Of a stretch of DNA of 64,000 nt, positions 1 to 15,110 are shown in pieces (the stretch's first letter is position 1; every line of letters begins with the position of its first letter). Under the pieces are notes generated by a model. That model searched no databases, had not been told where the DNA came from, and saw only the letters and a program-made list of their open reading frames with translations. Both the position numbers and the translations under genes were made by a program. The stretch lies in the NCBI GenBank assembly GCA_012295275.1, contig CM022665.1:5518001-5582000 (forward strand), written 5' to 3'. This stretch comes from Chrysomallon squamiferum (lineage: Eukaryota; Animalia; Mollusca).

Positions 1-376
1 TATTTTTTGTTTTTTTCTTGTTTTTTTTTTTTGTAGCCATTCTTTTCGTAATTAAAAACAACAGCAACAGCAACTACTACTACTACTATTGTTGCAGATG
101 ATATTACTACCACTACTGCAACTAATACGACTATTACTACTGCTACAAACTTCAATCGATCTCACTATGTTCAATGCTACTACTATCATTACCACACCTA
201 CTACTACTACTACTATTATATTCTCTCCTTCATTTCTTTTTTTTTTTTCTTCTTGTACTTTCTTCTTCTTCTTTTTTCCCACTGGCTTAATTTTTTTCTT
301 CTTCTTTTTTTTAATTTAATTTTATTATTATTATTATTTATTTTATTTTTTTTCCCCTGAGCCCAGAGGAATTGCG

Positions 377-408
<32 letters not shown>

Positions 409-1005
409 GGACATTAAAAGGTGTTAGTTTGGAAATTAAGATACTACAGGTTCTCTGGAGAATAAGGCTGCTTTTACACGAAAATAATTAAAGATAATTT
501 GGAGTCTTTAAAGTATCGAAGAAAGATGTTACAAAATCATACAACGACGATGCACAAAACGAGACTGGGTGGCGGTAAACCTATTTACATCGTTATCACG
601 GGAGATGACAAGCGCCATCAGGCGTTGTTGCTATATTCAATCTGATTATCAGAGTGGCTTTGTTTGCAGCCAAAGATTTAAATGAACAAATGACTTTAGC
701 ACAGCCTGCGGAAGGCCGATGTCAAGTAATGTAGTGTAAGCACGCGTATAATCAAAGGTCACAATACCAAATTAGCAGTATACAGGAAAATAGTGAAAAG
801 AGAAAATGGATTTTAACGGATCACTTTTTTTGCTAAAATTACGACAGGTTTTTTGTTGTTGTTGTTTTTTTTGTTGTTTTTTGTGTGTGTGTGGGGGGGG
901 TATTCACTTTTGTTTTACTTACTATATTATAATGATGACCATTGATTTTTAAAATGTTCATTTTAAATGTACTCATATACAGCGTAAATATTCTGGAGCA
1001 ACATA

Positions 1006-1098
<93 letters not shown>

Positions 1099-1580
1099 AA
1101 TTTCTATTTATTCTCAAACACACACTCATACTCAAAAAAGCGCTATAACATTAAATTAAAAAAAAAAAAAATGCCTTCTCTTACAACTACGCTGTTTTCA
1201 AAATCATTTTAATCCCTGGTTCAACGAAGGTGAAAATCTAAATTAGTGTACTTTCAACAGCGAGAGCTCCTAAAATTAATAACACAACCTATAAAACTGC
1301 AAACACGTTTTCAGTCTAAAATAGGAGCGAAACAGGAAGTATGTATAAAAAAAAAAAAAAAAAAAAATTAAAAAAAAATTAAAAAAAGAAGAAGTAGAAA
1401 TCTAAATGCACTCAGGCGTATTGAATTAATCTTAAGAAATCGGCAATATTTCTTGATCAAAGTGTTTCGCAGGATCAGTGATATAAAATGTAATATCAAT
1501 GATAAACAGTTTTGTGGAAGTCTCGTTAATGCGTTCTGCGCCGTTAAAACGCGAAACTGATGAGGCGACAATAATGTTGT

Positions 1581-1618
<38 letters not shown>

Positions 1619-4289
1619 CAACGATCACATTTTTGGCTGGTGGAAAGAAAGGGGAAATGATTGTTTTCTAACGTTGTACGTCAGTTCTTTCAGAAGGGGC
1701 AGCGACATGTAACAGATTGTCAGACGATTAGTTGAAATGTAGAAATGGAATTCAGTGATTCCAATACAGCTGGACAGTTACGTTATAGTTTGAAACACAC
1801 AAAAAAATAGAACTGTTCCAGTGAATGAATATATGAATGAGAGAATTAAGGGAAAAACGAACGAACGGATGAATGTATGAATGAATGAATGAATGAATGA
1901 ATGAATGAATGAATGAAAACTGGTTGAGGAAATTATATTTAACAATTCTTCATGTACTTGCAGAAAGAAAACCTACTGATTATTAATATGCAATTTTTCC
2001 ACAGAAACGAAATCACGTTAATTAATATCACGATCTTTATTAAATTTCTTGTTTATCGGTGGCTAGAATGAGAAATAAGAGGCATTCTTGAACTGTTGGT
2101 ACTGTGATATCATAGTTATTATAAGTATTATTCATACATATATTTATATATTTTATCATACAGTAAAAACGAGACGTGCAAATTAAGCATTTCAGAAAAA
2201 GGGGATCAGCACCATTATAGCGCAAATGATGTTTAAGACGAAATAAGTTTCGTTCTAATGGAAAACAAAACAAAATATGAATGTGCCAAAAAAAGAAAAA
2301 TAATATAAAAAAAAAAAAAAATCATTGATAAGGGATTCGCCGAAGATAATGAAAAAAGTGATTCTGGATCAGAATATGAAATAAAGATATCATCTTCTCT
2401 GTTTCCAAATAACACTGTGATTTTATGACCTTCGCGAATTACACAGTATCACAAACGAATAAAAAGAATATCAGGTTTGTTCCAGATCGCTGTAAAATTG
2501 CTGCTGCTGTCTGGTGAACAATAAAACTGTGAAATATTTCTGTGAGTCATAAAAGGGAAATTACAGTGCAGTACCACGTGTCTGATTTAACGGAAAGCCA
2601 TCTCTGCTCGCACTTTTTATTTTGTTTTATTTTGTTTTATTTGTTTGTTTGTTTGTTTGTTTGTTTGTTTGTTTGTTTGTTTTGTTTCATTTTATTTTAT
2701 TTTATTTATTAATTTATTCAGTTTTGTGATTTATTTTAGTTTCTTTCCATTCTATGAGTCGCATATCTGAATTTTTCTTTCTTTCTACTTTTTCTCTTTC
2801 TTTTTATTTTCTGTCTTATATTATAACTAATTTAGTATTATTATCAATATTATCATCTTTATCGTCATCGTTATCAAAATTACTTCTTCAGTGGTTAATT
2901 GCTGGTATACCTATTAAAAGACCTTTTCGAAAAAAGGTTTTCATTTTAAAAAAAAAAAAAAAATACAAAAAAGTAACAAATAAATTGTTGTTATTTAAGA
3001 ACTATTTTGTTCTGAAGCATAGCCGCAACGAAATCAATATGCGTGAATATACTACTCTTGAGAGTGGTGAATTGAAAAATAAATAGTTAATTTTATTTAG
3101 TTTTTGAATTATTTAGGATTACAGGATAAAATAAAACTGGTTACTGTATTAAGATATCCACTTTATCCTTCGAAAGTTATAATTGCCGATTGACATTAGA
3201 CACCGACAAGAACAGGATAAAGCTGATCTCTTAACAGTAACCTAGTATACCCTGTGTACATTGTGCGCATGTGTATTTATTTGTTTCTGTTCGTTCAATA
3301 GATATAGATACATACATACATACATACATACATACATACATACATACATACATACATACATACTATGTTTAACAGACAGCACGTACTACGGCCTTAGATA
3401 ACTTTATTATTATTATTTTTTTTTTATTATTATTATTACATTATCATTACCATCATTATCGCCATCGTCATTATTCTCATTATCATTGCTATTGTTTTTA
3501 AAGTAGGTGAAAACTGTTTTTTCGTTCCACTTTTTATACTTTTTTTTCAGAGAAATGATACGTTAGATGCCACTATACCTTTTCTTTTGTTAGAGAAATA
3601 AATAAATGTAAAATCAATAGTAAGTGATAGCTAGAAATAAATCAGAATATAGTTTTTCTAAAAATATTCTTTTACCTGAATGCCTATTATGTTTTAGCCT
3701 ATGCCATATTAGAGAGAGCATATTATTTACGACGTTGAAAGCAGTTTTTTATAACGGATTTCGTAAGTATTAGTTCACACACACAAAAAGAACACGTTCT
3801 TGTCGTTAATGATAGTGCAAAATTGGCTAACAGATGGCGTTGGCGAGAGGAAATAATTACGATCTCATCATTTTTTGCACTGAATTTAAAAAAAAAAAAC
3901 TATTTAAAAAATGCATTAAGTCTGGGTTTCTTTTTTTTTTATTCTTCTTTATTTTTCTTTTTTTGGTGTTGTTTTCAACAACATCATCAGAGCAAATTGA
4001 TTACAAATCTCTGATTAGTTTTTGGATGCCAGAATCCGATACTTCTGGCAGACATACCGATACAAATATACTTACATACCTACATACATATGTGTGTGTG
4101 TTAATTTCTTTCTGATGATCTTTTTAAATAAACTTTTGAATAGTCATGAACGCACGAGCTAAGGCCTTAGATAAACGAGTTTAAAATGACTATTTTATTA
4201 GTAGTTGTAGTAGTAGTATTTTCAGTAGTAGTAGTAGTAGAAGAACTATTAGTATTAGTATTAGTATTATTGCTATTGTTTTTGTCATT

Positions 4290-4324
<35 letters not shown>

Positions 4325-7300
4325 TATTATTAATTTATTTATTTATTTTGGTATTTATTTATCTATTTATTTATTTATTTATTTACTTACTTATGTACTG
4401 GCTTATTTACATACTTACTTACATATATTTTATTTGTTTTTTTGTTGTAAGGTTGATATTTCTAAAAAGTTTTCTTATCGCCATTAACAAAAGATCAAAC
4501 TTCAGTCTCTTTAATACAGTGGAATTTACTGTTCTCGGTAACTTAACCTGTAAGCACACTGCAAACATCCCAATCACACACCTACACAATTAACTCTGAA
4601 ATTGGGACCAGCCTGTGACAGCTCAGTTCCGATTGACATTAATGCCAGTGAATTAACTGTTGTCTTTCCAAGAACAGTGAATTGTTATCGACTTTTCGTT
4701 ATGCAAACATAAATTCGAAAATGGGTTGTTTGTCTTCTGAAAGTATCAAATGACATTTCACCAAATTCTTTAAAAAGAAAATTGACGAAAATCATGTGGG
4801 ATGCTTTAAAATACTTGTGTTTTGTGTTTGAATCTTGAACTCTGTTGATCGGCGTTTTCAAATGGGCATTAAACATCCAGCAAATTGTCCTGGTAGTTTT
4901 GCCAAAGCGAATATCAAGTGATTTCAACAGACAGATACATTACTAAGCTGACAATTTCTCTTGTGGTGCTAAGAGCTTTGGCCGCTAAGGGTTTTGTACG
5001 GACTTCTATTGCCTTTCAGTTTCCACTTAGAATGTGATTTGTGAGTGGAAAACAACATTAAACGTGTGATCCAGCCATTAGCCAAACCATTTTCCTGGAT
5101 GCTGCAAATCCATTACTACATTCAAATAGTTTTCAGCGGCTGTCGGCTTGTCAGTACAAGTTATGGGACCAACCAGCATACAGAGCAAATTAACGGGACG
5201 ATATGTGAACTCTTTTCATCTGAAGTCAACGATAAAATCAATTATGGACCATGATACTGCATGCGTTAGAAAATTCCTCTTTTATTTTGCCATCGCGTTA
5301 TAACGAGCGACAAAAATCGAGAACCCAGTTTTTTCTTCAGTGAGTAGAAATTTTCATTTTCTGAGATTTGAATTAGGTTTAATGTTAGCAGTAAAACCAC
5401 ACAAAAATTAAAAGTTTCACATTTGGTTAATCATCTTCGTTTTCAGTTTAAAATAAAGTAATAATAATAAAACACATGAAACGAGGATATCTCTTCACCT
5501 TTTAATTCATTAAAATAAATGTCAGAAAAAATTCAGACTAAATAATTAATTTGCTTTAATGGTAGAGACGATGGAAAACATTAAAGACCTAAAAACTATT
5601 TTTTCGAACACATGACAAACAAAAATAAATAAGTAACATTTCATACAACGTCTATTAATTTATACAATATGGTAGTAATACATAATAAAAAATGAGAGAG
5701 ATTCAGAGAGAGACATACAGAGTGAGAAAGAAACAGACAGACAGACGGAGAAAGAAAAGTTTCTCTGATGTTATTTAAACGACAAAATGTTATTTTTCAT
5801 CTGTGCTTGGAAACGTAATCTTTTCTTTAATGACCGGCTTTTCTGAACTTCTATTTATTATGAGATTATTTATATTCGCAGACGTCGCTTCGAACAAATA
5901 CTTAGCAAACCCACGTGGTAACGTACATGTAATTGGTTATAACAACCCAAAACTAAGTGATGTCGTATTTGAAATCTGATTTTGGAATATCCTAGAGTGT
6001 TCAGCATTATAGTAATTGCATTTGCAAGACATGCATGTTCATAAAAAAAAACTAAAAAAAACTGAAAAACAGAATCAGCTTTTTCTGAAATAACGAACAC
6101 CCTATTTGAACGTATTACATGTGTGGATTTTTTTCTCCTATTTCATTTATTATTGATTTATTTGTTTGTTTGTTTGTTTTATTTACTTAATTAGGGCCTA
6201 GATTTTATATTTATTTATTTATTAAATTTGCAGTGAGATATGGATATACTGTTAGCAGTAGGAAAAGCTACATATATTATTTCTATGCAAGAATGGAAGA
6301 CGTTTTATATATATATATATATATATATGTAATGTCTTTACGACAATATATATTAACGTATTTCTATAAATTCAATTTTACTAAGTTATACTCATGCAGA
6401 AAAATTACGAGAACTAAAAATGTATTGCCAAGGTTTTTTAATTTACTGGATTTCCTTAAATAACTTGTTTTATACGTCGATATTTCCAAGACTTTCTCGG
6501 TTCAAATGAAACAGTGTCTGAAGACAAATTGGTAGAAATGAATAGTCTAAAATTACAATGAAATGCACCACTCGGGTGATTATTTTAATGCAATGCTCAA
6601 TTGCTTTCGCCGTATCTGGTAATTTCGGAGCGAAATAACATTGCACAAAAACGAAATTATGTTTCATTCTTTGTTAAAATCGAGAGAAATCGCTTTCACA
6701 CAAGCCGTTTCGGGACTAATTGGGAACGAAACTGTTTGTTCATGCCACCATCAAAACCCGGTTCAGTTCATAGCAGTGCATCGCTGTGTATTTATAATTA
6801 CATGTCTGTGAGAGAATAGTTTAATATAGTGCTTATAGCAATTCACGTTTTATGACACATCCAAGTAAATGAGGAAGCAAAGACGTGAGACTGTTGAGTT
6901 ATTTTCAGTTACTTAACTTTTTTTTATTAATATATTACTGAAAGCTGCGATAGATGAAATACGCTGGTTTGATGTAAATGTTACTGGACACTTCTCTGTA
7001 ATGGTAATACGTTTGCTACTCCTATTTTTATATTTAATTTTTTCTCCTTTTTTTATTTTATTTTATTTTATTTTATTTTATTTTGCAAAAATTTAAAAAT
7101 TGACTCTAAAATATTTTTCATCTCTTAACGAAATGTATATTTTTACTGCAGTTCTGTATCATTAACAAATATAGTTACTTGATCTACATGATATACCAGA
7201 GTATACCATGATGTTAGACAAATCACTGGTGGTACAGGCAAATGTCTTTGATAAGAAACAGCTCGACTACCACAGTGTACACCTTGGAACAGCCAGATAC

Positions 7301-7474
7301 GCTTTTTGTAGAATGCAAATTTTAAAAAGTTATTTTTTCCTTAAAAAAAAAAAAAGAAGCGAAATCTCTCAAGACTTGAGAAAAAAACCCACATAAATCT
7401 TTAATATTACTATATCAAAGATATTTTCGTTTCAATAGACTGTTCGTATGCGTAATATAATATATATGCATATG

Positions 7475-7533
<59 letters not shown>

Positions 7534-8377
7534 CTCTTCGGACCACTATTTTAGGTTACATAGCCTATTGTTACCTCTGTAGTTGCTCTCTGATTTCCCA
7601 GTAGTTCTCTTTACAAGGGTTTGCTAGACACATTTAGTCTCATGAAGTTGCTTCACCCGTTTGGAATCATTTAAAATAAATTAATATCAGCACATTGAAT
7701 AGAGGAAAGCGCTATCAGCATTAGAAAGATACTCAGTATAATCCCAGGCGTGGTCTTGCTGATGCTATACGCGACACAGAGCATACGTTACCATTAATAA
7801 CTGTATCACTGACCCTGGGCAGCTAGCGATCTCTTGTAAATGTTAAATTAGAAATGACTCGATGGATTAATAAAGTAACTTTATATCAGAAAATAATAAT
7901 TATTTATGTATATACAAAGTTACGTAAGATGTATGTATATATATATATATATATTTTTTTTTTTATTGTTCAATGAGTCAATATATATATATATTGGTTT
8001 GATTGTTCAATGAGTCTGTTGATATTAAGCGGTATTTTCTTGGGATTGTTTTTATGTGCTTTTACTCTCATTTAATTTTTCATTTTCTTTTAATATACGA
8101 GGTTTAAGATTTTGAATTAGGATTATGTGTAAGGTTTTGTTATATAAAACGTGTACGTTATGTTTCTATGTTTTCTCTCCCTCTTTCTCTCTATCCCCAT
8201 CAGTCTCACTCTGTGTGCGTCTGTGCAAGTGAGAGAGCATATCTAATTTCTTCTTTTTTATATAAAAGATAGACTGAAATGTGTGCGTGTCTTCCTCTAT
8301 TGTACGTGTTTCTGTATATGAGAAAGATATGTGTGCGTGCTTGTATGACTCTGTGTATGTGTGTCTCTGTGTGTGTC

Positions 8378-8421
<44 letters not shown>

Positions 8422-9699
8422 TGTGAAGCAAGAAAGAGAGCAAAATTTGATAAAATATCAGAGAACCTAATAGTTTAACAAAACAGTTTTCTGCTGGAGG
8501 TTCAGGATAAATAGGTTTCTTCGTAAAATACTTCGACGGGCTTTCAGGCGTCTCTCTGAAATGTGATTTCTTTGTTTGTGACCGTATTAACCAGGTACCG
8601 GCCATTAGCGAGACTGTTTTCCTAGCATTCGATAGAGCCATTACTGGAAGCAAAATCCTTTCTGAGTTATTTTAATTCTCAGACATACTGAAAGCAATAA
8701 AAACAAAAAAAAACAAAAAAACAAACAATGCTTTGTTAAAATCTATCTACATGTTGAAAAGTCAACTTAATTGAAATCAGCTGAAAATGTAACTCCTGGG
8801 GATTTTATTATGTCGCGTATCATTTGTTTTTCTTTTCATAAAACTGTTCGCTATAAAAATGGAAAGAGTAGATTTTTATCTTGATTATTTCCCCTTTGTT
8901 ATTGCGTTTTCAATGTCTCTAACGTCATAAGTTAACTATTTTCAATTACACCTTTGGTTGTCATGGTAATCTGGAGCTGTATAGCACGCGCCTCTATTCG
9001 TCTGTTTCTATGAACACGCATTCTCGTCGCTGTTTTTCAAGCGCACAAAACGCTCGGATAACAATTTTGTTTTTTAATTCAGCGATGTCTGAACATGTAT
9101 TTGGTCTCTCTCTCTCTCTCTCTCTCTCTATCCATCAGTTTATCTCTGTATGTGTTAACGTGTTTCAAGTTTTATATACATTTCAACTGAAAACATTTTT
9201 ATATAATTTATGTTCTCATGTCAATATTTGTTATTGATAATGTTTTACATATTTAAAAACTAATCAGAAAAAATAATAATAATAAAATAAAACTGATGAG
9301 AAAAAAAAAAAAAAAAAAAAAAACCCCAAAAAACCCACCTAGAATAGCTTAAAGAAAACGAAAAAAACACACAAAAAAAAAAAAAACGACATTCTGATAC
9401 TTTCATCCATTATCTTTGCCGCATATCTGAACCAGTTTTGTTATAACAAATAAATAACGTTATCAATATGGCTTTTAAAAAAAAATCTAATATCGAATGA
9501 CAAAGATGATGCAGTGGTATTTTCCACAATCAGCTCTAACGTGTAATAAAGAAACTTTCATATCTGGTTTATAATTTCACAGCCTATCTATTTTAGAAAA
9601 GGAAAGAAAAAACATCTCGAGACAGTGTTAATCTCGGATTACGAGACATAGATGACTGATTAGGTATGTATTTTGGTAATAATACCTGATTAGAAACAA

Positions 9700-10061
9700 G
9701 AACAGCTCTCCATCACGCGTCGTTCTGTTTCATAGATAACAGTTCTGACCAACGCCAATCAAATTTCATTTCAACGAGAGAGACGTATATGGGAAGTCCT
9801 CTTCGTATCGATTTTTTACTGGTCAGGAGTACTGCCGCGCGTGCCGGAAGACTGTAGTTCGTCTGCTCGTGAGTTCGGACAGTGAAAGCATTTTGTGCAT
9901 AGAGAGATCATTTAATTTGATTATTTCAGACCTACGTAGCAATCTTCACGCGTTCGTTCTGTCAAAGTTCAGTGAAGAGGGTTTTTAGCTTGCTCCTTTG
10001 TACAAAAGGGACAGAAGAAAAACGATTTATGTAACGTTGAAACTTGATCCACTAAGACTTG
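9700..10061 (+). promoter_or_regulatory. Candidate promoter and non-coding first exon, possibly of the Cys-rich protein gene
   Basis: Locally CpG-rich; CCAAT at 9755-9759, ETS-type CCGGAAG at 9844-9850, duplicated TCACGCGT(T)CGTTCTGT at 9713 and 9946; ends in a consensus donor G|GTAAGT at 10061/10062. The link to the acceptor at 29001 is inference. Confidence 0.4.
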
Positions 10062-10104
10062 GTAAGTAACTTCAGTTTATTTTCAAGATAGATTTTTAGT
10101 ATGA

Positions 10105-10176
<72 letters not shown>

Positions 10177-11475
10177 TCCATTGTTATTATTATTTCCATT
10201 GTTACTATTATTTCTTTTGTTTTCTTTTACTTTTGCAAACTTGATCATCATTTTTGTCTCATAAAAAATATTCTATATTGTTATTTTTCTTTCTTTCCTT
10301 CTTCAGATTTCCACGATCTCTCTCTCTCTCTCTCTCTCTCTCTTAATTCTCTTAATTCGCCCCTCGCTCTTACATAACACATGATTAAATAAAGAGTAAT
10401 ATACTTTTAAAAATTGGTGTTTGTTTTAAATCACTTTTGCCACTGTTTAACAATAACAAAATTTAATAGTCCTTATAATACGTTTTCGAATTAGGTTTAT
10501 AAACGTTCTTGCGAAAGTATTTAAAATTTATTTCTAAAAAGTTCTTAAGACTGTGTATATGTTTCAAAACAGTTCCACATCAGCGTTTTATTTGTTTGTT
10601 TTGGGGAAATCTCCACTCATGTTCTTTATCAATGAGCCGTTCATTAATTTAATTTATTTTATTTTATTTTATTTTATTTTATTTTATTTTATTTTATTTT
10701 ATTTTATTTTATTTTATTTTATTTTATTTTCAAAAACAATATTTTGCTAAAGGCTTATATTTAATTTTAAAAATAATATAAAGAAATAAAAAAAATAAAA
10801 AAGCAATTCATGCGGTGAAACATTCATTCGTAATTTGGTTATCAAAGTACAGGTTTTGCGTCTTCTCTCTGCTGATAATAACACAATGAAACGCGGAGAG
10901 TATCTGCAACGGATTTTCTCTCTCTATTGTCCTTAATCGTACAATAAAAATATATTAAGTTTATTTTATAAAATTTCTTTCGTCGTGCTCATTTATATAT
11001 TATTTTTTATTTTTGGTTTTATTTATTTTATTTTATTTATTTTATTTTATTTTATTTTATTTTATTTTATTTTATTTTATTTTTTTTTATTTATTTTTTT
11101 TTTTTTTTTTTTTTTGTTGTTCATTCACATTGTCTGCAGATAAGGCAATGGTTGATCAATATATCTTATTTTGGCGCATCAGATTTGATTTCAGAGCATC
11201 ATCCCAGCTCTTTTAAAAGTTAAAATAATAAGTTTTTGAATCTATAACCATCCATGTTGAAGTATTATTTCATCTACGGTTCGCGATCATCAGACTGAAG
11301 TATTCAAAGAGCAAATATGTGACAGGATTTTCTCAGAACAATTCCACTGACCTAGACTGATCATCTGTAGCCGGTAATTCACTTTTATTAAAAGTAAATA
11401 ATAACATTTGTGGCTAGGTTCATTAAAAATTCTAATTTTTTATTCTCATTATTTTGGATTTTGTCTATAGAGAAG

Positions 11476-11515
<40 letters not shown>

Positions 11516-11655
11516 GTTGTTGTTGTTTTTTGCTTTGTTTAGACTCATTTTATAAATTATTTATATGTTATGTTTCTTTCTTTGTTGCTATTTCTTTCTG
11601 TTTCATTGTTTTAGTGTGGTTTAATTTTTTTTTTTTTTTTTTTTTTTGTTGTTTG

Positions 11656-11689
<34 letters not shown>

Positions 11690-13606
11690 ACTTAGAATGG
11701 AAAAACAAAATACAAAAAGATATGAGAATTTTTGAAGGAGGATGAATAATTGTATTGTTCTTCCAAGACTTTCGCTCTGATGTAATGACGTTGATTATTT
11801 GTACCAGGTATTGGAGAGACACTTGTGCTTTTGAAAATGATAATGATAATCCATTGTTATATTTGAGGCATTGTACGCTGTGCTTTGGGTAATGATAACA
11901 GCTACTAATTTAGGCCTGCCACACTGAACTGATTCTAGCTTCCAATATCAACAAATTTCCAGCACTATCCTATTTCTTTTTAACAAATCAAAAATACAAT
12001 TAATCCCTTTATATACTGTGTACCTAATAAACAATCTAAATGCATTTTTATATCATTGTTTTAACTGTTATATACACCAACCTTTATTAATAATAAAGTA
12101 TAATAATAAAATAATAAGTCCACTCAGGAAGTATTCCCCTTGTTCCATGAAAGCTTCCTTTACACCTTTTTCGTTTTTTTTATTTTTTATTGTTTTTTTT
12201 TTCTTAACATTAATTTAGGTGGAATAAAGTCAACAAATATGGGGAAATGGCAGCATCCATACATCATCCTAAGCTCATTATAATCCAGTCATATTTTATT
12301 ATTAATAAAGATTGATGTCGAAAACAAATTCATTTAGTCGTGTACGAAACGTATTTGTTTCATACCCTTATTCTTTAACAAAATAAATAATGTATTATTC
12401 TCCAAATCTTTAATAACAGGCACTAGTATTACAGGAGAATCTGCAGTTTGACTTCATAAATCGTATAACATATTCATGGTTCAAAAAAAAAATCGTATTT
12501 TCGACATAAATACCACTGATCTGGAAATCTGATGGAAGTGAATCAAGTCAGACGTTAATTGATATCTCATATCACCAGATGGCAGGCAACACAAAAATAT
12601 GTGTTTGCCAGTCACTAATAAATGTATAGTAATTATAACTGCAAATCTGCGTTAAAATCAATCTGATGTGCTTTGAAGTTTGAAATAGCTTCATTAGAAT
12701 AAATGTTAATTTTTGTTCGTTATGTTCTCTGTGATTACCATTACAGCGACCGCAGAAATATATAAGTGAAATCATCAGAGAGTGTGTGATATGAAATGAA
12801 GTCATTAGAGTAATTATTATCATCATTTTGAAAGTTTCGTTATCGCTGTCACCACAGTGATTATCGCAATTATTTTGAAAAATCAGATACGTTCAAAAAG
12901 CTTTGAAGCTTGAAAATAAAGTGACTCATAGTTTGCGTTTCTTTTTTTTTTTTTTTTTTTTTTTTTTTCTTTTTAATAATTTGTTACGGTTTTTGTTATA
13001 AATATTGATAGTCGTGCGTTATGTCTGAACAGAAACCACACATTAACACATTTAAAGCCGCAGAGGTGAATAAAAAGCAGAGTTTGCAAAAGCAAAAACT
13101 AATCGCTGGCTTCCATTAGGAATAATTGTGGATTCCAGTGACAAATTTTCATTATGTAGGAAACGAGAGAGGTCCTTATCTCAAATTGCACATTGATTGC
13201 AAACATGGCATCTAAACTAGCCACTAAATACACCAACATCTATCTATGGGCATGATTTCTCTGAGGAATATGCGTACGTTCGCGGCAAATGGTTCGTGCA
13301 GTTTCGCGCCTCGCTGCTGTTGCTGTCGTTCTTACGCGAACCATTTGTTTCAAACAAATCGATCTTGCGCAGGAACTAAACGAAATAGTCCCTGTATTCC
13401 AGCAATAACTTATACGTTATTTCCCGTGAGGCTCCGTGGCTTTAGATTTCAGTGACGTGCTTTTTCGATTTCAGTTGCCGAAATGCCCGTGCATAAAAAA
13501 AAAAAAAAGATAGCATTTGAAAGAAAAAAAGAATATTTAAAAAAAAATCTAAAGTATAGATTTCCTTCTGGCTGTTTTTAATAAATTCCCAGGAGAATAC
13601 TCGTTT

Positions 13607-13642
<36 letters not shown>

Positions 13643-14041
13643 GTTGTTGATGCTTTTAACAAACAAAAAAAAATGTGTGTTTTGCATCATCTCTAATTAA
13701 TACCAAACTGCATTACTGTAAATTAAATGATCCAGTTACTGTGAAAAAAGTTAAATCCCTTGCTCCACCTGACAACAGATGATTCAGTGCAACAAAGAAC
13801 AGAGCATAGCTGTATTTTGTTCAGTTGTCAATATGCTCATTTTGTTTTGCGTGGCTTCTCCTTTCAGCTGTCGATATGTCCTACCTGTTTTACATAGACG
13901 TAAATATGTTCTATTCCTTTTATAGACATAGCTGTTTTATGTTCTGCTAACAGTTTATAGCTGTTCGTTTTTTCTTCTTTTTATTTTATTTTATTTTATT
14001 TTTTTTTTTTTTTTTCATTTAATAACATAGGCGTATTCGAT

Positions 14042-15110
14042 TTGGTTGTCAGTATGTTCATCATGATTTACATAACTGTAGTCTGTTCAGCTGTCAGTAT
14101 GTTCATCTCGTTTTACATAGCTGTATTCTGTTCAGATGTCAGAATGTTCATCTCGTTTTACATAGCTGTATTCAGTTCAGCTGTCAGAATGTTCATCTCG
14201 TTTTACATAGCTGTATTCAGTTCAGCTGTCAGAATGTTCATCTCGTTTTACATAGCTGTATTCTGTATTATGTTCATCTCGTTTTGTCAGTGTATTTGTT
14301 CAGATGTCAGAATGTTCATCTAGTTTTCATAGCTGTATTCTGTTCAGCTGTCAGAATGTTCATCTCGTTTTACATAGCTGTATTCTGTTCAGCTGTCAGT
14401 ATGTTCATCTCGTTTCACATAGCTGTATTCTGTTCAGCTGTCAGAATGTTCATCTCGTTTTACATAGCTGTATTCAGTTCAGCTGTCAGTTTGTTCATCT
14501 CGTTTTACATAGCTGTATTCTGTTCAGCTGTCAGAATGTTCATCTCGTTTTACATAGCTGTATTCTGTTCAGCTGTCAGTATGTTCATCTCGTTTTACAT
14601 AGCTGTATTCTGTTCAGCTGTCAGTATGTTCATCTCGTTTCACATAGCTGTATTCTGTTCAGCTGTCAGAATGTTCATCTCATTTTACATAGCTGTATTC
14701 AGTTCAGCTGTCAGTTTGTTCATCGTGATTTACATAACTGTATTCTGTTCAGCTGTCAGAATGTTCATCTCGTTTTACATAGCTGTATTCTGTTCAGCTG
14801 TCAGAATGTTCATCTCATTTACATACCTGTCTTCAGTTCAGCTGTCAGTTTGTTCATCTCATTTACATACCTGTATTCAGTTCAGCTGTCAGTTTGTTCA
14901 TCTCATTTACATAGCTGTATTCTGTTCAGCTGTCAGTTTGTTCATCTCATTTACATACCTGTATTCTGTTCAGATGTCAGTTTGTTCATCTCGTTTTACA
15001 TAGCTGTATTCTGTTCAGATGTCAGTTTGTTCATCTCATTTACATAGCTGTATTCTGTTCAGATGTCAGTTTGTTCATCTCGTTTTACATAGCTGTATTT
15101 TGTTCATCTC
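14042..15110. repeat. 45-bp minisatellite, about 23 copies (44-bp variants towards the right end)
   Basis: Unit GTTCATCTCGTTTTACATAGCTGTATTCTGTTCAGCTGTCAGAAT read directly; degenerate copies at about 13800-14040 and 15110-15160. Confidence 0.95.

Noticed and set aside
7965-8016. 15-bp direct repeat ATTGTTCAATGAGTC as a target-site duplication
   Set aside because: Encloses only about 22 bp of (AT)n sequence; more simply a local slippage duplication.
14042-15047. 239-aa and 247-aa repetitive ORFs as membrane or Cys/His-rich proteins
   Set aside because: Products of a 45-bp minisatellite; the frame shifts where 44-bp units begin and there is no credible start or splice context.
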